A stretch of 64,000 bases of DNA from Mobula hypostoma (taxonomy: Eukaryota). This document shows, piece after piece, positions 12,901-22,086 of the stretch. Under the pieces are notes generated by a model. That model searched no databases and had not been told where the DNA came from. It was given only the letters and a program-made list of their open reading frames with translations. The stretch covers positions 74,774,001-74,838,000 of the forward strand of contig NC_086097.1 in assembly GCF_963921235.1 (NCBI RefSeq). The letters run 5' to 3'. A program made the position numbers and the translations under genes. Every line of letters begins with the position of its first letter. Position 1 is the first letter of the stretch.

Positions 12901-14824
12901 CTCAGAGAAAGCGTTCACAGGTAATTTGTCATAACTTCCGTGAGAGGCGGTAACACAATCCGAATTGATTCTTATTCTCCTGTTCATGTTGGTTATCTGC
13001 GGACTTTTCAGACATCGGCACAGTAACCTTCTTGGATTTCTGAAACTGAAGCTAAGCCCAAACGTGAATCGAGTTTGTAAAGAGATTTTTCTTTTGCTTA
13101 TCTTTTGAAAAGAGCAAAGAAGTTTTGTTTTGTTGGAGGCGTTTGCCGATTATCCCATGCCTGGCTCCTGTTTTCATTGATCATTCCATATGAGATAATG
13201 CAATTATAAACATCAATAGGAGGTTGCTGCGGGAATCATTATCTGGTGACAGTGATAAATGATCTCCAGAAATAGCGGCGTTTTCTCTGACCCACTCTGG
13301 GCTCTAGGGGTTGGGATACAAGGAGTCTCCATAGTAACATGTTTACAGCTAAAATGGTTGGTTAAAAATTCCAAAATGCAGAAAAGTCTTTATACAGGCT
13401 ATTCAAATTTACAGCTTTTTTCCCCTTCGCTGGTTTTAACACGTTCTTAAGTGTAAACGAGTCTGTAGCAACAGAAATTAAGCGTTAGGCCTGGTCATTT
13501 ATTTCCCTAATATTTTAGTCTGCGTCTGGCAATCAATTCTTAAGAAATGTGATGACTTTTCTTGTTTTTATTGGTGAAAAAAATAGTTTTGCATTTGCAG
13601 TTGTCAATTATGTAAATGGTATTTTTTTTGTACTTTGATTTTTATAGATTTCTTCGCTTAAGTTACTTTAGTGGAACTGCTTGTTTCATTTTAATCAATT
13701 TCCCCGAGAATACATTTAGCCGTGTAGTCGATACCAAATCTTTATCAAACTTTCCGCTTTCTGAGATCCTACCAGGCAATCCAGCGAACAGCATCGTTCC
13801 CGTCAGCACAAAACGCCGTTTTTTTTTCTGGACAAATATATCAACTTTGTATTTGCTAAAAGTCTTCAATCTTGCACATTCTACTCAACACAAATACACC
13901 CCCAATAAGGATTGCTAAATGGCTTTTCCATATCAGGTGAAAATCAAACCACCTAACAAACAGGTTTAAAAAGCACGGAAAGATGCAATAGAATACTCTA
14001 AACTCACCAGATTTATTCGTCATCCTTTGTGATTTTAAAGTTTAGAACAAATGGGCTAAGAGGACCTTCAATTTTGAACGGCAATCCAGTTTTTCCATTT
14101 TGCACCATTCATTGAAATTAATAACTTGACCTGCAAGTCGGAGCGCACTCCGTTCAAGAAGCAACTACTATTTAAATTTATTAACAAACACACAAGTGGA
14201 AAACAGCAATTCCACCTTAGATTTCAGGTTAAAATCGTTTGTTATAACTGATTAACCCCCAGACCCTGATGCAACGATAGGCATATGTCTCGTATCTCTC
14301 GCCCATCATTTTTTTTTAAGTTCATTAACAATAAAGTTAAGAGAAGAAATATATTTCCCAATTGGGCGCAGGCGCTGTTCTTACACTTACAACGGGTCTC
14401 GCTGCACTTCAGAAGGAGGTACGCCAGATAAACAGTGGGAGCATTCAGAATGAAATTAAATGCAGGGGTTGATGAGGGGAAGTATGGTTACGAACATGGG
14501 CACTTGGCCTCGGATCTCGAGACTGATCACTTTGCAAAAGGGTTGTAAACAAAAACCCTCCCTGTGAGTAAATGAGCAAGAGAACGTTCTAGGGACTCTT
14601 TGGGAGGGCCCAGCAAAGATGAAAGAACAATGAGTCTGAACCCGCGAATTAGTTTGATCATTGGAATCTAGGTTTCAACAGAAAAGGCAGCAAGCGCCTT
14701 TACCATGACTGAAACTGCGACATCTCCTAAGTTTCGGGTCGGAGGGAAAAAAAATGGATCGGGATATGAAATGAATATAACTTAATTCCTAAGCAGGGGA
14801 GTTTCCAAAATGTTATAGTTAAGC

Positions 14825-14838
14825 ACAGCAGATGGCGG
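14825..14838 (+). promoter_or_regulatory. Candidate CTCF binding site
   Basis: ACAGCAGATGGCGG matches CCASYAGRKGGCRS at 13/14 positions. Confidence 0.45.
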
Positions 14839-15002
14839 GGTTGGTTCCTGCAGCTTGCAAACTGGAATTGCCACGCTGAAGCATCTTTCCCGCAACCCAA
14901 AATATTCAGCACAATTGTAAAATGTCTAAACATTCGCCCGTTAACCTCTGCATAACACGTTTACATGGTATCAACCCAGGCTGATTTTTTTTTAAATAGA
15001 CT

Positions 15003-15008
15003 TTTATT
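15003..15008 (-). terminator. Distal polyadenylation signal AATAAA (possible extended UTR)
   Basis: Minus strand reads cttAATAAAagtctatttaaaaaaaaa. Further AATAAA hexamers occur at 15431-15436 and 15470-15475. Confidence 0.4.
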
Positions 15009-15924
15009 AAGAAGCTCTGTAAACAAAAAGGAGAAACCTCCAGGGTTTTAGATACAATATAACTCACGTCAAATGCTGGCCAATCTGTCTTTCCATATTT
15101 CCATAAATACCATTATTCCCCCCACCCGCCACCATACTGACTTTGCAAAAGTTTTGGGATAATTCGGTCCGTTTGTTCTTTACGGACGGGGGGGGGGGTA
15201 GATTCGGTTTGAAATTAACTGATATTTTGCATCCTACCACTGAGAAGTAGATGGGGGGGGTGGAGCGAGTTAGATGGGGGAAGGCGTGCGACTGGCCCCT
15301 TTAAAATGAGCTTCCGTGACGTTTACCAGTGAAGTCAACTTCTGGGATTTGTAATGGATGAAATCATCTCAACACGCAGAGACAGAAAATTCTGGAAAGC
15401 TGGATACGTCAGCTGGTAACATTTTTGAACTTTATTAAACCCCATACCTGTGACCAAGATATTGGTAAATTTATTGGGAATCTTAGTCTGTTGATGAATG
15501 TTGTGTACAAAACGCTGTATAACACAAGTTTTTTTTTGTACAGAAGATACCCTGTGTATATATATTATATAAACCCTCTTAAATACTCCACAGACTTCTT
15601 TCAAGTGAACCTAGGTGCCCCAGTTCTTGTTTCCCGGAAAGAAAACAAATTCTTCCTGCTTTTGAATCAAATAGTGGCCATGTCTGAACAAGTGGCAAAC
15701 ATATCTTCCAAATATGACCAGCTTCTAGGATCAAACATAAAGCTTCACATCAACTGCTTGTTTTCAGCAGCAAACAATGTGAAGGAACCATACAGGACTG
15801 AACTAACCCAACAATAATGAAAATAAAACAGAAAAAGTCCTGTAGCTGCAGACACTTCCTGTGGAGTCCATTGGAAAGTCTCAAGAAAGCTGAAGTCATT
15901 CCAGGTGTGTTATCAAACAGAAAA

Positions 15925-17005
15925 AAAATCTAAAAATGAAATATTTATTACTGCATTTGTGACTGAACACCTTTTAAACATACGTCACAGTCCTCATACA
16001 AGTATTTATGTAATCTGACAAAGCTCGCAAGGGAAACAGCATTTTCTTCTAGTGACACGTGCTGATAACAGTAAGGAATTCATTGACATACAATACCAAT
16101 TCCACAGCAGATTTGATACTAGCAAAACATTCGTCATTTCTCATTGAGGTAAACACATAGATATCTAACATGTAACAATTAATATACTGAACTCTCTGTA
16201 CCAAGTATGTTACAGTATTTTTTTGTAGCCATTGCTTGTTCCAAGCAGTTTGAGTTCATTTAAAAAGGTCTTTCTTTTGGTTCAAGACCAGCTAAAGGAT
16301 ATTTCATTAAGAAAATTCTACCCAAGAGCATTCTGAATAGTTTGTGTGACAAAATTTTCTCAATGCTGTGACCCACAGCCATAGGAGGAAGCTGCTACTT
16401 CATCTTCAGTGTTCCATCAACAAGCTCTATGAAGAAGAGTCAGTCTAGGACATGATCAGACACAGGCCCTTCACTTGGATCGAGCAGGTCCTATTCAATC
16501 CAGTAAAATCAGGTATATGAGTGCATTCATAAAACTTTTCACCTAGTACCACATTCAAGGAAGTCTACAGATCTTCAATTAAGCTTCTTCCTCTATGGCA
16601 GCTTGGCTGGACTTGGACAACCTGGTCAGAAACACGACTCCATTTGCTGTACGAGGACAACCATTTTGGGAACAACACACATAGTGTGGAAAAAGGATAA
16701 CTTTCTTTCTAAAAACTATTGGAAGCAACAGAAATAGAGTGATCAACAGAAATGTACAAGTTAACTTAGTTCCTATATTTATGCTACAGTAGTAATAAAT
16801 CTTTCAGTCTTTTCCAGAGGAACTTAACATTGGAGATAAGTTCAGGTGAAGAAGGCCTTTGACGTCACATTGGCCTTGGCTTGTCATTGGTCCTCTGTTG
16901 ACGTTGAGAGAAAACAAAATCACAGCTCGTCTGGAATTCCATTAAGTGTCAACATCTGTTCAAAAGTTAGTCTTACATTTGTGGTTCTCTTTTCTTTCCC
17001 TTATA
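15925..17005 (-). other. MEIS2: MEIS2 3'UTR (core, to first strong poly(A) signal)
   Basis: Follows the TAG at 17006, is transposon-free, and ends near AATAAA at 15944-15949. Several blocks resemble the mammalian MEIS2 3'UTR as I recall it (not aligned). The cleavage site is approximate. Confidence 0.75.
15944..15949 (-). terminator. Polyadenylation signal AATAAA (probable main MEIS2 site)
   Basis: Minus strand reads gcagtAATAAAtatttcatttttagattttttttctgtttg: the hexamer is followed by U-rich/GU-rich downstream sequence. Confidence 0.7.
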
Positions 17006-17292
17006 CTATTGGGCGTGGATGTCCATAACCTGCCCCCCCACACTGGGGTCTACAGGATTTAACATTGTGGGGCTCTGTGCTGACATTGGCATTCCAGGGT
17101 GAGGCGGGGGTCCTCCATGCATCATCATGGCCGGGTGATGTGGGTGGCTTGAGAGATAGGAATGCATTGGGGGTCCATGTCTTAACTGGGCAGGGTGCGG
17201 GGTCATCTGGGGAGGAGTGTAACTTGGCTGTGCCATACTCATACCCATAGGACCGCCCTGAGATACATAGTCCCCTGGCATGCCTTGTAAAC
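17006..17292 (-). CDS. MEIS2: MEIS2 terminal exon coding part (long Pro/Met/His-rich C-terminus, c/d-type isoforms)
   Basis: gtcttttcag|GTTTACAAGGC... gives GLQGMPGDYVSQGGPMGMSMAQPSYTPPQMTPHP...VGGQVMDIHAQ* (ORF 17006..17314). It is in frame with the 19906 donor when the cassette exon is skipped. Confidence 0.96.
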
Positions 17293-19544
17293 CTGAAAAG
17301 ACAAAAATACACAAATGTAATATGTTAACATTAAAAAATATCTACAAAACTTATCCTTATGTCTTTATAGTTGTTTGTATGTGGTCAGGACACATACATC
17401 TCTATACATATTGGATTGCAGTTATATTGATATATTACGTATTGATGTATTACATAATCACATGAATTTTCTAATAATAAATCACACTAGACAAGTCAAA
17501 ATGATTAATTTAATCACCATGTGTTCAATCTTACTTATGGGTCACAGGTTCATGAAAAAGAAGGATCAAGTTTCAGGCAGAAAGAATACAGGGAATGACA
17601 GGAAAAAAAGAAAATTAAGTAAAACCAGAGAAGAGATTATTAAAAGAAACATAACATGTGATCAGTGTGCAGAAGATCTCTTGCACTTGATATCCCTCTC
17701 TTTTATCACTCCGTGTATCCAAATTTTTTAAAAAGTCTTTTCAGGAAAATTGGTGAAATGGTTTCCTAGTGTATTTTTTGAGTTTTTTAAAAAATTTGAG
17801 TCATGCATTTTGTTTGGACTCCTTGAAGCACAGAAGGAAGCTGGGGGATTGGGTGTGTGTGGGGGGGGGCGGTGAGGTCATATCTGTCGGTCTCAGAGTG
17901 TGGCATGTGGGCATAGTGAGAACGACCTGTCAGTAAATGTCAATCTGATCAGATCACCCATCTTGCTACAGCTAATCTTAAGATAAAGTAATTGGCGATC
18001 AATGTCGAAATCATAGGTTACAATTTTAGCTCTCTTCATCGCCTAGAACTTACCAACAGAATTGCGCACAGATTTTTTTTTTGATACCATAAACTGGTAT
18101 CTAAAGACCTGTATACTGTTGTCATTGTGTTAAGTAATTCTGTAGAGGAGTAGTAACCACACTGGTACAACCATACTGAGACAATAACACAGTCTGCACT
18201 GTGTAATATGTCCAACTCAATTCTGTTTATTCTAGCACAGCAGCATGCTCACTGGATGATGATAATTAAGTACCAAATATACCATATTGTCTGGCTGCAT
18301 AATCAAATAAAGGGAGGATAATATTGTTTGTATTAAGCCATTAATGTAATTGGTTATGAAGCATAAAATATGTTATGTAATTAAACAGACCAGAAATTAT
18401 ATGGCCTATATTAAGAATTATCCAAGCTGAGAAAATGTTGTCTCAATGACTGTTTTAGGGAACATTGCTTTTTACATTTCTTGTTGACTGCATCAGAGAA
18501 GGAAGGGCAGAAGGAAATTGACTCCATTGCTGGTACATTATGGTAACCCCCTCAAAGATCTTACATGAAACTATGAGCAATCTAAAACAATCCAGTCAGG
18601 TGACTGCAGGAAAGATCATTTGCTGACAACAGAATATGCAAGAAGACTGAAGGCGATTTAATAGTGAAATAGCCTGCTCCTATTTTAGATGTAAGCATTC
18701 GACTCAATGTTCACAAAGAGTTTCAGTAAATAAAACCTCATGGTCTGATGCCTCAACGATGTGATGTATTGGTGTTTGCTGTATCTGAATTCCTCAAACA
18801 TCACAGACATTGGACACACTCCAGCTGATGGATTACTTAGACTGCAGCCAATCAGCTTCACTGGCAAATCCATTCCTTCACTTGCAGTCATCTCTTAATA
18901 TCTGCCACTGGTTCTCTTTACTTTCCTGTCTCTTTTGTTTAAATCTCCCGCAGGACGTGATGGATGTGCCTACATGGGGTGGAGGGAGGGGGGAGAAACT
19001 CCAATGAGGGAGACGCTGTATTTCCAATGCCTTACATCCAGACTGTAGATTGCACACTGCAACATTTCATCTTTACATAAGATAATTTGTGAATCAATCG
19101 TTTCCTGACAGATTTATGTCACTCAAAGGACAGTCTCGCTTCTTGCTTATATCGTTTCATGAAGCCTGGTTAATTTCTCTTAAGTCAATTGGGTGCCCTT
19201 AAGTTGTTTCTTTTCCCCTAAATGTCCCAATTGCTCATCCACTGCTTGAGTTTGAATCTCTAGGCTTCATAATTAATCCAAATGACTTCAGACCTAATTT
19301 GCACTAGATACTGTAAATTAGTTATCTGACCTTTTGCAGTTTGAGGGATGGTGTCAAATGCCATGAGATAAATAATTACAACTGGCCCTTCACTGGAACA
19401 GCATGCAAATTCGGGCAAGGCAAAAAAAAATGGAGGAATGGGTGGGTGGGAATTTTTAAAAAATGCACTACAGTAATAGACAGAATAAACAGCCTAGTTG
19501 TACTTACTTCCCCCGTGCTTTGCGATTGGTTAACTAGATGAAGG

Positions 19545-19640
<96 letters not shown>

Positions 19641-19905
19641 TCAGCAAGGTCGACTAGTAGATAGTGAAAAAGACCCCTTTTAAATTTTTTTTTTGTATTT
19701 TAGGATCCGTGGGGTGGACAAATTCCTCACAAATCTCTTGTCTGCAAGATTTGTTTCCCCTTGGGTGCAAAGAAGACAGGCAAGGCAGGCAGCAGGCAAG
19801 GAGAAAAACCTTGTGATGGTAGGACATGACAGGTGACGTGGATGAGAGGGGGGGAGGAAGTGATGATGCCTCATTTAAAATGTGGGCCAACTGCATTTGG
19901 CTTAC

Positions 19906-20016
19906 CAGCAGGCCGAATTCCCATATGTTGCTGACCATCCAATACAAAGCTTCCCATTGGCTGGCCCTCTGGACTGTATGCTGCTCCTTGGCTTACTGAA
20001 GGATCAAGAAGAAAAC
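19906..20016 (-). CDS. MEIS2: MEIS2 coding exon with two alternative acceptors (111 bp from 20016, or 90 bp from 19995)
   Basis: caatcag|GTTTTCTTCTTGATCCTTCAG|TAAGCCAAGG...CCTGCTG|gtaagc gives (GFLLDPS)[30 protein letters not shown]. The optional GFLLDPS insert is characteristic of MEIS2 rather than MEIS1. Confidence 0.95.
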
Positions 20017-22027
20017 CTGATTGTAGTCAAACGTAGACACAGAGGAGAAAGAAAAGACATACCAAACAATCAGCAGTTACTCCTGAAACAGCAAACACAA
20101 TACGTTGTCGCACAAAAAAACATGAATGGAATTAAAGAAATAAATTAAGCCATCAACCATTACCCCACAACCCAGCATCTCTCCAGATTTGAACATTCTT
20201 AGCAACTCAAAGGTGCAACTTTATATTGCAAAGGTATAAACAACGGTAGCTCCTCTCCTCAATGCCTAGAAGATCTGGGAACTTATTTTGTCCAAGGGTA
20301 AGATTTTTCCCCTGCTTGTGCTGTCAATGCCTCTTAAATTAAAGATTACTAAATCAGGCATTGTGCCCTGATTGTCCCCTGATAATTAACTGTGACTATT
20401 GTCTACACCTTCTTTAATTGCACTCTAAGTATGAAGACATCCAGCCTAACATTTAGTGGATTTATTCAATCAATACCATCAAATTACATAAAACTAAGAA
20501 TAGTGTTATGAATAGTACGCAATTTATGATGATTAAAAATAAATTAAACAGACAGTTCCTTAAATCTCTAACTTATTAAATGCATGCTGTAGTACGGCTT
20601 TGACATTTATAGCCCAGATTGATAGGATCAGTGATTTTCACAGCAAAATGGAAGGCCACTCAGCCCATTATGCCTAAGGCAGCTCCATACCCCTACACCT
20701 ACAGCTGTTCAATTCTTCTTTTTACACTCAAAACTGTAGCTTGTGGTGAGTTCCCTCACCTCAGCCAAGGAAGGAACATTAAAAATAGTTTTCCCGGGTT
20801 TGGGAACAGGAGGGAAAAATTGGGAAAAAAAGCATCCAAGCCTACCCGTCCTAGCTTCTTTCCAATAATCTGTTCTTGAGTGTATGTGTGTGTTGATTTT
20901 GGGTAATGATAGCATTGGGTTTGACTGCGATGCCTCTCACGCATGAAGAAACTTGGGGAAGGTACTCAGAAGGCACCTGTGGATCCAAATCCCAGTTAGA
21001 GTCAGTGCCTTCCAGAGTGAGAGAGGAAAACTTTCTCCACACCATCTTGAATTTACTGAGTTTTGTCATGCAGCTTTGAGGTTAACTCTTACTCCCCTGA
21101 CAAATAAAACCAAATTTCTTTCTCGCTGTCAAAGAAATTCAGACTTTAGCCCCTGCCCATCCTATCCTGTTCACAGCACAATAACAATTCTGATCCCCAA
21201 GAAGTACATTTGACAAGTTGTACACAATTCACAGAAATAAGAAGCACTTTACATATTGAAGTAAAGCAGCGGGTGTAAATCAACATCAAATCAAAGCAGT
21301 GTGAGTGACAATAAAAGACTTCAATAAAGCTTCCGGCAATGCAGAAGCACACAACTCCATGGTCTGCACAACATGCTTACAGACTTAAATTTGTATGTGA
21401 GCCAAATTAAAACGAGTGATTTGACTGAAATTAAACATTCTTACCAGAAAGATTAAAAAAATAAAGAAAATAATTTATACTGGTTAATGAGGGACTATAT
21501 TTTCTTCTCCTCGTCAAATAGTGTATGAAAGGGAACACTATTTGATACTCAGGCTTGTATTTTATTTTAGAATTATTAACCAGGGTATTGTGTTTCAGTT
21601 TATTTTAACCACAATCATTTTAAAGGATACATAGCTATAATTAACAGTAAAATAAACAGCAGCAGGGGCATAATAACAGTGCATTTTCCCAGGAGTTGTG
21701 AGCAGTAAGGAAAAGCACCAGTGGCTGAGAGAGACAACCAGTGATTTTGCAGCAATAGCACCCACTCAGCAAACTATTTGTGGTGCAAGTATATTTGCCC
21801 AATTACCATCATTAACAAGAAATCAAAGCAGCTTTGGGAAAGTGAGGGTGGAAATTCCAGTTGGTATCAGTTAGTGAGGTTTCCCCCTGCACTGGAATTC
21901 TGGGTTGTTAGCTCTCCCAGAATGCCTGGCTGCTGGGTTTATTTACCAGGTGAAGGAACTCCTGATGAATAACTTGATGAAGATTTGTGCCTGCGGGACT
22001 TGAATACAGTAACTACTTGAGACTTGC

Positions 22028-22086
22028 CTGCTCGATTTGACTGGTCGATCATGGGTTGTACTATTCTTCTCCTGGCATTAATGAAC
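22028..22086 (-). CDS. MEIS2: MEIS2 coding exon (59 bp), homeodomain helix 3 / C-terminal end
   Basis: gtttgtcttag|GTTCATTAATGCCAGG...AATCGAGCAG|gcaagt gives (W)FINARRRIVQPMIDQSNRA. Phase matches the upstream exon (TG+G = Trp). The donor is GC, not GT. Confidence 0.97.

Larger units (their letters stand above)
8290..15410. promoter_or_regulatory. CpG-retaining domain downstream of MEIS2, GC-rich core ~9720-10030
   Basis: By eye, CG dinucleotides appear on most lines from ~8290 to ~15410 and are rare in the flanks. No recognisable transposon lies inside. Boundaries are approximate and not computed. Confidence 0.7.

Noticed and set aside
15185..15285. G-runs that might form a G-quadruplex
   Set aside because: The runs are widely spaced and lie on the non-mRNA strand, so there is no specific support.
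15425..15817. 130-aa plus-strand ORF antisense to the distal MEIS2 3' region
   Set aside because: TTG start, AT-rich composition with no domain similarity, and no splice or promoter support.
17001..17312. 103-aa alternative-frame ORF and 61-aa antisense ORF over the last MEIS2 exon
   Set aside because: Shadows of the real GC-rich coding exon. The phase of the incoming splice selects the MDIHAQ frame, and the other isoform stops earlier.
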